A DNA stretch of 63,796 nt, counting the filler, from an uncultured bacterium (GTDB taxonomy: Bacteria > CAYSBA01), in the NCBI GenBank assembly GCA_964429075.1. It is 17 parts of 17 records of this genome, joined end to end, with 100 filler letters (N's around TTAATTAATTAA, not from the genome) between each part and the next. Parts side by side here need not be neighbours in the genome. Positions count along the whole stretch, not along the records: positions 1 to 3,783 come from CAYSBA010000184.1; positions 3,884 to 7,664 come from CAYSBA010000185.1; positions 7,765 to 11,496 come from CAYSBA010000186.1; 14 more parts are not named here. The stretch is one strand, 5' to 3'. The translations under genes and the position numbers were made by a program. Shown here one piece after another: positions 1-9,659 of this stretch (the first letter of the stretch is position 1; every line of letters begins with the position of its first letter). Under the pieces are notes generated by a model. The model saw nothing but the letters and a program-made list of their open reading frames with translations, did no database searches and was not told where the DNA came from.

Positions 1-64
1 AAAAGTAGTAATTCTTTTCTTTTGGCTTTAGTTTGAGTTCTAATCTGTAGTCTGCCCTCATCAT
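1..64 (-). CDS. Possible 5' fragment of a hypothetical protein (MMRADYRLELKLKPKEKNYYF...) running off the window
   Basis: ATG at 64 with an open frame to the window edge, divergent from the 220 ORF. Too short to assign. Confidence 0.3.
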   Translation of the reverse strand, partial: MMRADYRLELKLKPKEKNYYF

Positions 65-219
65 AATAAACTACTTAATCTTAAAAGTTGATATATAATA
101 GATGTTTTTGGGTTAATTAGCAATATTCTTCCGATCTGAGAAAGTTTTGAACAATTTGATATAGGAGGTTGTTTCTGGTATCAATGTGAACAAAATAGAA
201 ATTCATAAGGAGTCAAGAT

Positions 220-1662
220 ATGAAAAGGATTTGGATATCCTTTTTTCTTGTTATGGTTACAATAGCCATGTCACAAGATATATACTCCAAGGAAAAAGAG
301 GAGATAGAAAGGGTACATGAGAGTCAAAAGACCTATCAACGAAAATCCATCACATTTTTTGGGACCCGTTCGTTTGCTTCAAACATAGAACCAGGACTTG
401 TTGATTATCTTCAACAAAAGGTAAGAAATGCAGTTGAGATGAAACGGTTCGATTATAATTATATACCATCTGGAAACTATACAATGGAAGAGTTTGCCAA
501 GGCCGTAAGGGCCTATGTCGATAGGATAAAGTTCGACAGGGCAAGGGCAGAGGCAGAATTCTCTGAACGTTTTAAGGAGATAAATATCACAGCAGATGAC
601 ATAGATAGAATAGTAAATAGTGCCTATTTTTACAAGATTTATCTCTATTCAGCTCATGCAGTAAGGCGAAAAAAGAAAAAGGCTGTAATAATAAATGGGC
701 AAAAGAGGATAAAAAAGAGGATCTATTGGGATGCTACAGTTGTTGCCGGGGTAAAATTTTATAAGGTTTTATTTAAAAAGAGTAATAAACCATACAGAAT
801 TGTTGCAGATATAAAAAGGACTGCAACTGCACAGGCAAAAACAAGATATCAGGCCTTAAAAGATGCCATCGATGTCCTTGCACTGATGCTAAACAAGGCA
901 GTAAGAAACGTAGAAGACTTCAAATTATCGGCACCAATAACGAGATCCACCTTTAACAGTACAGAGTTTATGCTTGGGAAAAAGGAGGGGCTTAAACTGG
1001 ATTGGGGATTTAAGGTTTATGAGTTTACAGAATCTGGTGAAAGAAGATACCTTGGTTATGTGAAGGTAAGGGACGTGGCCGACAATACCAAGATACAACA
1101 GCCGAGCAGGGCACAGAATCTGATAGTAAAGAGAGGATGGCACTTTGATGGGGGCCAGCTTTTGGTTGAGTATCCCAAAATGGGCCTGAATGTAGGGATA
1201 GGTGGTGGAACCCTTACAGATGGTTCCTATTTTCAGGAAAAGGATGGTATTTTGATGACCCCTGGTCTCTTTATCTCACTTGAATACGATACTGCAGCAA
1301 CATCAGGAATTTCAGAATCTTATGTATTTTTTGATACCGATATCTCATTCCCGACTGCCGGACTGACCAATATTCAGGCTCTTTTGGGCATAAGAAAAAA
1401 GATGTATCTTCACAGGGTATGTTTTGTTTTAGGTGCAGGGATTGGAGGTGGTTATATGAGAGAGTGGTTTTCAAACGAACAGGATCCAGATGTGGGTACA
1501 AGTTTTGGTGCTGCTGTTGAGGCAGGTTTTGAATTTCTGTTCTCACCTGATTTGTCATTGTTTATAAACGGTGAATTCAGGGCCTTTTTGGGTGAATACA
1601 AAGGGATTTCAAATGAGGCAATTGGTCCTGTATTGTCAGCTGGAATAAAGCTTCATCTCTGA
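220..1662 (+). CDS. Exported hypothetical protein with a FlgT-C-like middle domain and a C-terminal outer-membrane beta-barrel
   Basis: AAGGAG SD; Sec-type signal peptide; LGKKEGLKLDWGFKVYE...LGYVKVRDV segment; C-terminal ~160 aa of Gly/aromatic amphipathic beta-strands ending GIKLHL. Confidence 0.6.
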   Translation: MKRIWISFFLVMVTIAMSQDIYSKEKEEIERVHESQKTYQRKSITFFGTRSFASNIEPGLVDYLQQKVRNAVEMKRFDYNYIPSGNYTMEEFAKAVRAYVDRIKFDRARAEAEFSERFKEINITADDIDRIVNSAYFYKIYLYSAHAVRRKKKKAVIINGQKRIKKRIYWDATVVAGVKFYKVLFKKSNKPYRIVADIKRTATAQAKTRYQALKDAIDVLALMLNKAVRNVEDFKLSAPITRSTFNSTEFMLGKKEGLKLDWGFKVYEFTESGERRYLGYVKVRDVADNTKIQQPSRAQNLIVKRGWHFDGGQLLVEYPKMGLNVGIGGGTLTDGSYFQEKDGILMTPGLFISLEYDTAATSGISESYVFFDTDISFPTAGLTNIQALLGIRKKMYLHRVCFVLGAGIGGGYMREWFSNEQDPDVGTSFGAAVEAGFEFLFSPDLSLFINGEFRAFLGEYKGISNEAIGPVLSAGIKLHL

Positions 1663-1825
1663 AGATCAAAAATACTCATGATGTGAATGAGTTTCCTTAT
1701 GTTACTAAAGATATTGATGTGATGTAAAATACTAATTATAAAAAAGGACTACTTGTTTTACAAAAGAGATTTTTTTATCCGGGATAGTTCTAACTCATTA
1801 AAATTTTATGAAGATATAATCCTGA

Positions 1826-2845
1826 TCAAATAAACTGATTTTCTATAAACATGAATGCTGCGTTGTGAATGGTATGTCTGAATCGATTGAATTGCCTTAT
1901 AGGTGCACCGGGAAGTGTTCGATTGCTTAAAAAAACGATTGCCGTTGACATGCTTGGATATATCCATACAGATGTACCTGTATAGCCAAGATGTCCGATT
2001 GTGTTTTTATCTCTCAACTTCCCAGATGTAGAAAGTTTTCCTGTAGGAGTATCAAAACCCAATGTGAAACGCTCGTTCTGTCTTTTAAAAAATGGCAAAA
2101 AAAGTGTATCGTCCTGTAAGTTTATAATTTTTTCAGCAAAATTCAAAAGATCAGAAACTGTAGAAAAGAGTCCTGCATGTCCACTTACTCCACCAAGCAT
2201 ATAGCAGTTGTGATCCCATACCCTCTTTTTATCAAAGTATGGACTTGTCGCTACTATTCTTTCTATTCTGCTGTTGTAATTCTTATTATCTCTTTTTAAA
2301 AAAAATGTATCAGTAAGTTTTAAATCTTTTTTAATATCATCTTCAAAGACCTGATCAAGCGTTCTATTCTCAAGTCTTTCAATTATATATCCAAGTAGAA
2401 TAAACCCAAGATCGGTATAGAGCACATCCTTGCCAGGCTCAAATAATAGCTCAGTATTAAGAATTTCTGCTACAATTACCCTTAGAGGGACAGGACCCAT
2501 ACCGTAGGTTTCCCAGAATCTCCTGTGAGGTACAAAGCCACTTGAGTGTGCAAGTAGGTGCGAAACAGATATATTTTCAAACTGTGACGACAGAGGTAGA
2601 TCCACCAATGTCTTTATAGTTTTGCTTAATATATCCTGACCATTCTTTTGCACCCTTTTTATAAAATAATAGGTGGTAAAAACAATCTTTGTAAGGGATG
2701 CAATATCAAAAATGGCATCTTTTGATGCAGATGGCGAATTCAGTATGAATCTTTTGCCCTTTACTGAAATTCCGATACAGGCCTCTGTGTAGAGTCTGTT
2801 TTTTTCACCGAAAGATAGTAGAAACTCAAGCCATCTACTCTTCAT
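1826..2845 (-). CDS. Serine hydrolase, beta-lactamase/AmpC-like family
   Basis: FDIASLTK (SxxK), LLAHSSG, YTDLGF, GHAGLFST and GHLGYTGTS motifs. Confidence 0.85.
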   Translation of the reverse strand: MKSRWLEFLLSFGEKNRLYTEACIGISVKGKRFILNSPSASKDAIFDIASLTKIVFTTYYFIKRVQKNGQDILSKTIKTLVDLPLSSQFENISVSHLLAHSSGFVPHRRFWETYGMGPVPLRVIVAEILNTELLFEPGKDVLYTDLGFILLGYIIERLENRTLDQVFEDDIKKDLKLTDTFFLKRDNKNYNSRIERIVATSPYFDKKRVWDHNCYMLGGVSGHAGLFSTVSDLLNFAEKIINLQDDTLFLPFFKRQNERFTLGFDTPTGKLSTSGKLRDKNTIGHLGYTGTSVWIYPSMSTAIVFLSNRTLPGAPIRQFNRFRHTIHNAAFMFIENQFI

Positions 2846-3740
2846 GAAAGACTCCTTCTCTATGAAAACTCAATATGCCATCTTCTGTTAATCTATAGTT
2901 TATTCCAAGCAGTATTGGCCTGTTAATAAGTCCATGTCCTATTGGGAGACCGGTGTATACCGGTATCTTTACATCAGAAAGAACCCATCTTAAGAATTCC
3001 GATTGATTCAGATTGGATTTTTTAAGGTCCATTTCTATTCCAAGATCGCCAAAGATTACTGCAGATACCTTTTTGAAAACACCACACTGTTGCAACTGTA
3101 GCAACGATCTATGAATACTGTAGGGTTTTTCATTTGTATCTTCAAGTATAAGGATAGTGTCTCTGAGATCTGGCATATATGGGGTGCCACATAGAGAGCA
3201 AAGGACCTTGAGGTTGCCTCCCACCAGTTTTCCTTCAGCCTCTCCCTTAAAGACAGGTATCAGCCTGTCAAATCTATCATTGGGAATCTCCGATTTTATG
3301 TATGATATGATTTCTCTTTTCACCTCTTCAGGCTGCTCGACTGCTCCCAAAAAATTTGGGCTGTGGAGGGTTGTGGCATCCCAGAACATATTAAAGAAAA
3401 GATGGAGTGCTGTAAGGTCACTGAAACCGCAGAAAAGATGCCATTCTGAAGGAGGGCTGAGCTCTTTAAGATAGGGTAATAGCATTGATGCTCCAAAACC
3501 ACCTCTTGTGCTCATAATCGGGGTATTCTGTTCGTATAGTGCCCATTTTAGATCGGAAAGCCTATCTTGTAAACTGCCTGCAAGGTAAACTTCCCTGTTT
3601 TTAAAATTCTTTGAAAAATGAATCGCAATTCCTTCCTCGTTCCACCTTTTTATTGATCTATGTAGCCTTTTTGTATCGAAGGGTGAAGAGGTAGAGATAA
3701 CACTTATGGCATGATTTTTGCTCTTTACTGGTTTGATCAT
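2835..3740 (-). CDS. ldcA: LD-carboxypeptidase (peptidase S66)
   Basis: RGGFG, GFSDLT (Ser), GGNL, LED..E and PIGHG (His) motifs. ATG 3740 preferred because the ORF-track TTG at 3776 is part of a TTGACA -35 box. Confidence 0.88.
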   Translation of the reverse strand: MIKPVKSKNHAISVISTSSPFDTKRLHRSIKRWNEEGIAIHFSKNFKNREVYLAGSLQDRLSDLKWALYEQNTPIMSTRGGFGASMLLPYLKELSPPSEWHLFCGFSDLTALHLFFNMFWDATTLHSPNFLGAVEQPEEVKREIISYIKSEIPNDRFDRLIPVFKGEAEGKLVGGNLKVLCSLCGTPYMPDLRDTILILEDTNEKPYSIHRSLLQLQQCGVFKKVSAVIFGDLGIEMDLKKSNLNQSEFLRWVLSDVKIPVYTGLPIGHGLINRPILLGINYRLTEDGILSFHREGVFHEE

Positions 3741-3783
3741 GAACAATATGATTAAACAAGATAAAAGAGTTGTCAATAATTGG

Positions 3784-3883
3784 NNNNNNNNNNNNNNNNN
3801 NNNNNNNNNNNNNNNNNNNNNNNNNNNTTAATTAATTAANNNNNNNNNNNNNNNNNNNNNNNNNNNNNNNNNNNNNNNNNNNN
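3784..3883. other. Artificial contig linker (N-run + TTAATTAATTAA six-frame stop + N-run); first of 16
   Basis: Identical 100-nt linkers start at 3784, 7665, 11497, 15327, 19120, 22906, 26674, 30441, 34202, 37955, 41698, 45438, 49155, 52867, 56568 and 60187. Contigs between them decrease in length. Internal scaffold gaps are at 7446-7455, 13248-13347 and 56337-56346. Confidence 0.98.
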
Positions 3884-3900
3884 ATATATAGAGGTAGGTC

Positions 3901-5589
3901 ATGATGAATAAAGCCGACTGGCATATTAAAGATGTAAATGTGATAGATGTTTTTACCTTAAGTATCAAAAAGACTGATCTTTTTATAAACAATGGCAGGT
4001 TTTGTGCACCCCTTCCAGATGCAGAAAAGACCATAGATGGTGATGGGTTGTATATAGCGCCTGGTTTTATTGATGCTCACATACATATCGAAAGTTCAAA
4101 ACTTACGCCTTCATCTTTTGCCCGTGCTGTAATCCCTCATGGTACCACCTCAGTTGTGGCAGATCCACATGAAATAGCAAACGTAGCCGGTGCACTTGGT
4201 ATAAAATTTATGATCGAAGATGGTAACTCCACCCCTCTATCTTTCTTCTGGACTCTTCCATCCTGTGTACCTGCCACAAAAGAGATGGAGACTGCTGGTG
4301 CAGAACTTGATGCAGCCAATATTAGAGAATTACTTGACTCTGGCGACTTTGTTGCCCTTGGAGAGATGATGAACTTTCCTGGAGCAATCGCTTCTGAAAA
4401 AGAGGTCATTGAAAAGATAGAAGCAGCTGTAAATCGAGGTATCCCAGTTGACGGACACGCACCTATGTTAAAGGGTGATGCCCTTCAGAAATATGTTGAA
4501 CACTTCATCCAGACAGATCATGAATCTTTAACCATAGATGAGGCCTTAGAAAAAATCTCAAACGGCATGTATGTTCAGATAAGAGAAGGCACTACATCAA
4601 AAAATTTTAGGGAATTGAAAGGGCTCTTTAAACCGGAGTTAATATCAAGGATTATGTTGGTATCAGATGATCTTGAAGCAGAAGATCTGTACCAGAAAGG
4701 TCATATGGATAGGCTAATAAATATCGCACTTACAGAAGGCATACCTCTCCCCTATGTGATAAGGGCAATGACCCTGAATCCCTCACTACACTATCGTCTG
4801 GGCAGAAGAGGTGCAATAGCACCTGGATATTTTGCAGACTGTGTTGTCTTTAGAATAGAAGAAAATTGTATAAAAATTGAACGGGTATTTAAAGAGGGAA
4901 TAGAGGTATTCAACCATAAAAAGGGCCTTCTTATTAATTTCTCACAGATTGAGCCCTATGAAGAACTAAGAGATACTGTAAAAATCAGGAAAATAGAAAA
5001 AAAGGATGTAGAAATTGAGATAAGAGGTAAAAATGCATCTGTGATAGGCATTATCCCGGATCAGATACTTACTGAACATATAAACATATCGGTTGATCAA
5101 AGTGGTCCTGTTTTTATACCGGATTTAGAAAGAGATATACTTCCCATTGTTGTTATTGAACGACACAAAGGAACGAACAGGATCTCAAAAGGCTTGATAA
5201 ATGGATTTGGCCTGAAAAAGGGTGCCCTTGCTTCAAGCTACGCACACGATGCTCACAACATCATCTGTGTGGGTACAAATTATACAGATATGGTTGTGGC
5301 AATAAATGCACTAAAAGAGATCGGTGGTGGTTATGCAGTAGTATTAGATGGAAAACCTATTGCCACTCTAACACTTGAGATTGGTGGTATAATGACAAAA
5401 AGACATATTGAAGATGTATTGAGTGATCTAAACGACATAAAGGATGCCATAGCCAGCACTGAGAGTATCCTTGAGGATCCCTTTATGAAGTTATCTTTTA
5501 TGTCACTATCTGTTATACCTTCATTAAAGCTTACAGATAGAGGTCTTGTTGATGTTGAAAACTTTTCGTTCACCGATCTTTTTAAATAG
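3901..5589 (+). CDS. ade: Adenine deaminase
   Basis: PGFIDAHIHIESS, DPHEIANV, LGEMMNFPG, DGHAP, DHE, SDD and HDAHN motifs; 562 aa. Confidence 0.95.
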   Translation: MMNKADWHIKDVNVIDVFTLSIKKTDLFINNGRFCAPLPDAEKTIDGDGLYIAPGFIDAHIHIESSKLTPSSFARAVIPHGTTSVVADPHEIANVAGALGIKFMIEDGNSTPLSFFWTLPSCVPATKEMETAGAELDAANIRELLDSGDFVALGEMMNFPGAIASEKEVIEKIEAAVNRGIPVDGHAPMLKGDALQKYVEHFIQTDHESLTIDEALEKISNGMYVQIREGTTSKNFRELKGLFKPELISRIMLVSDDLEAEDLYQKGHMDRLINIALTEGIPLPYVIRAMTLNPSLHYRLGRRGAIAPGYFADCVVFRIEENCIKIERVFKEGIEVFNHKKGLLINFSQIEPYEELRDTVKIRKIEKKDVEIEIRGKNASVIGIIPDQILTEHINISVDQSGPVFIPDLERDILPIVVIERHKGTNRISKGLINGFGLKKGALASSYAHDAHNIICVGTNYTDMVVAINALKEIGGGYAVVLDGKPIATLTLEIGGIMTKRHIEDVLSDLNDIKDAIASTESILEDPFMKLSFMSLSVIPSLKLTDRGLVDVENFSFTDLFK

Positions 5590-5597
5590 GGAGAGCG

Positions 5598-6122
5598 ATG
5601 GAACATAGACTAAAAATAGTTATTAAAGAAGAGAGTATAAAAAAAAGGGTAAAAGAGATTGCATCTCAGATAAATAGAGACTATTCAGATAAAAATCCCC
5701 TAATAATCTGTATATTGAAGGGTGGCTTTATCTTTTGTGCCGATCTTGTAAGGGAGCTGACAATCCCACACTCTATTGATTTTGTAAAGCTATCAAGTTA
5801 TGGTCTTGAAAAGATATCCAAAGGCACAGTAAAGGTATTGTCAGATCTGAGCTTCAGTCCACAAAACCGTCATGTACTCATTGTAGAAGATATAATAGAT
5901 ACAGGTATTACCCTGAGCGCTTATATAGAAGATCTAAAAAAGATGGGTGTAGAGTCTGTTGATGTGTGTGTGCTTATAGACAAACTTGAAAGACGGGAGG
6001 TGGACATTCCCATTAAATATAGAGGATTTACAGTTGAGAAAGGGTTTCTCGTAGGATATGGGATGGATTGTGGTGAACGATACAGGAACCTAAAAGGCAT
6101 CTATGAATTCGAAGGGGATTAA
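5598..6122 (+). CDS. hpt: Hypoxanthine phosphoribosyltransferase
   Basis: ILKGG, SSYG, VLIVEDIIDTGITL PRPP motif, FLVGYGMD..ERYRNL. Confidence 0.95.
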   Translation: MEHRLKIVIKEESIKKRVKEIASQINRDYSDKNPLIICILKGGFIFCADLVRELTIPHSIDFVKLSSYGLEKISKGTVKVLSDLSFSPQNRHVLIVEDIIDTGITLSAYIEDLKKMGVESVDVCVLIDKLERREVDIPIKYRGFTVEKGFLVGYGMDCGERYRNLKGIYEFEGD

Positions 6123-6420
6123 AGAGCAGGACCCCATAAAACTGGCAGAGAAGGTCCTTGAATATCTCAGACCCCTTGTTGAGGAGTTCGGTGTAATATA
6201 TCTTATATTGACACTCAAGATTATAAACACGAGACAGATGCTGTTTCTGGAGATCCCTCAACCGGACATCAGATTTGAACCAATCGAACTTGTACTCGAA
6301 CGTTTTATAAGATGCACAGAAGAGATACTTTATAAAGATGGTGAACTCTCTGAATCTGTCTTAAAACAAACACTGCTTACTATCCTCAAAAGAGTCAATT
6401 CTTATTATGAAAAGGACTAA
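6103..6420 (+). CDS. Hypothetical protein (105 aa)
   Basis: Fills the space between hpt and the M16 peptidase and overlaps both on the same strand. No recognised motif. Confidence 0.6.
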   Translation: MNSKGIKEQDPIKLAEKVLEYLRPLVEEFGVIYLILTLKIINTRQMLFLEIPQPDIRFEPIELVLERFIRCTEEILYKDGELSESVLKQTLLTILKRVNSYYEKD

Positions 6421-7664
6421 AAGAGGTAATACTCAGATATTTATAACAGATAGGGGTACCTGTATCATATTAACGCCACTTAAAGATGTAAGGTCTGTCT
6501 CAATACAATGCTGGATCAAAAAAGGTAGTGCAGACGAACCAGCTGAATTATCAGGGATATCCCACTTTATAGAGCATCTTGTCTTCAGATCAACAGAAGA
6601 TTATGAGGACGGCGAGATCAGCAGGGCAATTGAAATGATTGGTGGTGATATAAATGCCTACACAACCTATGATGAAACCTCCTACTATGTCACTGTGCCT
6701 TCAAACGATATTGATGAAGCACTCTCTGTGATGCAGAACCTCCTTTTCAAACCACTCTTTTTAGATAAAGAGGTCGAGATAGAACGTGCAGTAATACTCG
6801 AAGAGAGCAGACAGCGCAAAGATGATCCAATGGAACTTTTGTATGAATCAATGTTAAAGATGCTTTTTGGCTCAAATGGATACACAAGACCGATAGAGGG
6901 TATAGAAAATACAATAAAAAGAATAGATGCAAAGAGTCTAAAACAATACCACAAAAGGGTCTATTCGCCTCAGAATATTATTTTCTCTATTGCAGGGGAT
7001 GATAAGATCCTTGATATTGATTACATTGCATATCGGTTAAATATCGGTATACCGCAACCTCTGGAAAAAAGAAGATTTAAGACAACTGTTGTAAGAAAGA
7101 CAGCTTTAAATCCACAATCAAGGATTGATGCAACTACATATGATACTCAATTACCAAGAATCCTTTTTGCATTTCCCTTAAAAGAGCTCTCCTTAAAAAG
7201 ATTATCAATAATGGATATCGGTACCTTTTCATTATTTGAAGTCGACTCAGGCCCAATAAGAAAAAGCCTTGTCCTTGAAGATAACACAGTTACAGATTTT
7301 AATTATCACATCTTTACGTGCCGACTTGGCACCATATTATTTGTTGAGTTAGTATTTCCTGATAATAGCGTAGATTACCGATTAAGTAAATCAATAAGGA
7401 CAATATTACAAGGAATAGCTAACTTAAGACCTCATGATGTTGAATNNNNNNNNNNATTATCAAAAAAGATAATAGAGACAAACAGTCTATTTTTAAATGA
7501 AACCCCATCATCAATAGCAAGGCTATATGGCCAGGGAATGCTACAGTATAACAATCCTTTCTTTTTTATCGAACATCAGAGTATGATGATGGATTTGGAC
7601 CATGGAGAAATATACAGGAGTCTCAGTGAAGTAATCAATTATAAAAATCTATTCTGTACTATAG
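6407..7664 (+). CDS. M16 family zinc peptidase (3' truncated by contig end)
   Basis: GISHFIEHLVF inverted HxxEH motif, INAYTT, ERAVILEE. Confidence 0.9.
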
Positions 7665-7813
7665 NNNNNNNNNNNNNNNNNNNNNNNNNNNNNNNNNNNN
7701 NNNNNNNNTTAATTAATTAANNNNNNNNNNNNNNNNNNNNNNNNNNNNNNNNNNNNNNNNNNNNAGACATGATTTAACTGTATCTTAGATCTATCTATCT
7801 GCCACAAAGATTT

Positions 7814-9238
7814 TTAGAAAAAAATTGATATATAGATGACCATAACCAAGACACATAAAATATCGAGCAAAAGCCCTACCCTTGCCATATATCCAGACTC
7901 GATCATACCGGTCCCATAGACCACAGCATTGGGAGGTGTGGCTACAGGCAGCATAAATGCAAATGAAGCAGAAAGTGTTGCAGGTATCATCAAAAGTATC
8001 GGGTCTAAATTCAGCGCCTGTGTCATAGATGCTATAATAGGAAGCACAATCTGACTTACAGCAGTATTTGATGTAACCTCTGTAAGGAAAGAGACAAAGA
8101 GAGCAATAAAAAGAATCCAAAAGAAAAAGGGGATCCCTTTTAATGAGGAAAACATAACCTTTAAAAGATCAAAGAGTCCTGATGCCTTCATGCCTTTCGC
8201 AAGGGCGAAACCCCCTCCAAACAGCAACACAATATCCCACGGAAGTCTCCTTATGGTGCTGAGATCCGCAATCCTTTTTCCTTTTACAGGAATACTAAAT
8301 AGAATGATTGCAGCAAGGATCGCAACGGTTGAATCGTCCACCATATCTGAAAGTCCAAGTATCTCGCTCCAGCCAGGTATCTTGATATTTGATAAGCTCA
8401 TACCTCGCCTGGTAATCCATAGAACTGCCATCACCAAAAACACAACGGCCACAAATTTTTGTTGTACTGTCAACCTCGTTTTAAGATTGGTCTCTTCTTT
8501 TACCAGTTTTCTAAATAGATGATCTTTTAAAAAAAGGCTCAACAACAACATGCATAAAATTAATAGTATAATAGAAAGGGGCATGATGTGTGCCATCCAA
8601 TAAGAAAATGAGGGGGTATCTCTGTGTGGAAAAAATTCGTGAAACAATTTTAAAAAGACCAAATTTGGAGGCGTACCGACTGGTGTTGCAGTCCCACCAA
8701 TAGAACATGCATATGCAATACCCAGCAACATTATCTGTATTATAGGTCTGTTGTGTTGATCTTTTTCACTGAATAGAGATAGAGCAAGGGGTACCATAAT
8801 CAATGAGGTGGCTGTGTTTGATATCCACATGGACATAAAAAAGGATGCAAACATAAGGCCTGCAAGCAGAGAAAGACTTTTATTTCCAAATCTCTTCAAA
8901 ATCCACATACCCATTTGCTTATGCAGACCGGTATCTTCAATGCAGATCGAGACCACAAAGGCACCTACAAAAAGAAGAATAATGCTATTAAAATAAGAAG
9001 ATGCGATCGCCTTTGAACCTGCTATACCAAAAATCGGGAAAAGAATTGCAGGCAATAGAGAGGTAGCAGCAAGAGGGATTACCTCCCCTATCCACCACAA
9101 AGATACTATCACAAGAACACCAATACAAAGAATCTGCTTTTTATATATAGGATTTTGTAGGCCAAAAACAATAGAGATTATTAATCCAGATATGCCTGCA
9201 AGAAGGAGGATTTTTTGAACAGTTTGTCTTTTCAGCAT
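7814..9238 (-). CDS. SLC13/DASS family Na+:dicarboxylate/sulfate symporter
   Basis: SMWISNTAT, GTPPN, TSNTA and LPVATPPNAV motifs; multi-TM. Confidence 0.92.
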   Translation of the reverse strand: MLKRQTVQKILLLAGISGLIISIVFGLQNPIYKKQILCIGVLVIVSLWWIGEVIPLAATSLLPAILFPIFGIAGSKAIASSYFNSIILLFVGAFVVSICIEDTGLHKQMGMWILKRFGNKSLSLLAGLMFASFFMSMWISNTATSLIMVPLALSLFSEKDQHNRPIIQIMLLGIAYACSIGGTATPVGTPPNLVFLKLFHEFFPHRDTPSFSYWMAHIMPLSIILLILCMLLLSLFLKDHLFRKLVKEETNLKTRLTVQQKFVAVVFLVMAVLWITRRGMSLSNIKIPGWSEILGLSDMVDDSTVAILAAIILFSIPVKGKRIADLSTIRRLPWDIVLLFGGGFALAKGMKASGLFDLLKVMFSSLKGIPFFFWILFIALFVSFLTEVTSNTAVSQIVLPIIASMTQALNLDPILLMIPATLSASFAFMLPVATPPNAVVYGTGMIESGYMARVGLLLDILCVLVMVIYISIFF

Positions 9239-9250
9239 AAAAGATGTATA

Positions 9251-9481
9251 TCATTTATCTTGATTTGACTCAACAATTACAGATTCTGCTGCATTATCAT
9301 CAAGTATAAAACGGGTGTTAAAGAGTTCAACAACGATACGGGGGTAGCGTTTTATCACCCTGATTTTTACTCCTGGCAGGAGACCATAAGCAAGGAGGGT
9401 CTTTAAAATCTTTTTGTCATCTTTTTTTAGATCTATAATATAGGCAGTTTCACCTTTCTTTAATTTTTTTAGATTCATCAT
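9251..9481 (-). CDS. feoA: Ferrous iron transport protein A
   Basis: LKKGETAYI...LLAYGLLPGVKI SH3-like pattern; in an operon with feoB. Confidence 0.85.
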   Translation of the reverse strand: MMNLKKLKKGETAYIIDLKKDDKKILKTLLAYGLLPGVKIRVIKRYPRIVVELFNTRFILDDNAAESVIVESNQDK

Positions 9482-9659
9482 CCTGCTTGCCTTTTTTGAA
9501 GATTTTTTTGAGCCAGCCTACATGCTCTGGTTCCTTTGGTATCTCATAACCACAACGGGGACATTTCGTCATCCTGCATCCAGAGATCAGTGAGCAGCTC
9601 ATGCATGTCTTCTGTGCCTCATCCTGGTCATACTCATATCCGCAAAATGGACACCTCAT
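9450..9659 (-). CDS. Small Cys-rich protein of the feo operon
   Basis: MRCPFCG...CMSCSLISGC..KCPRCG (7 Cys); TAATG coupling to the feoB stop; overlaps the feoA start. Confidence 0.8.
   Translation of the reverse strand: MRCPFCGYEYDQDEAQKTCMSCSLISGCRMTKCPRCGYEIPKEPEHVGWLKKIFKKGKQDDESKKIKER

Noticed and set aside
1826..2845. Beta-lactam resistance gene
   Set aside because: No signal peptide and coupled to an LD-carboxypeptidase; more likely a peptidoglycan-recycling esterase/peptidase.
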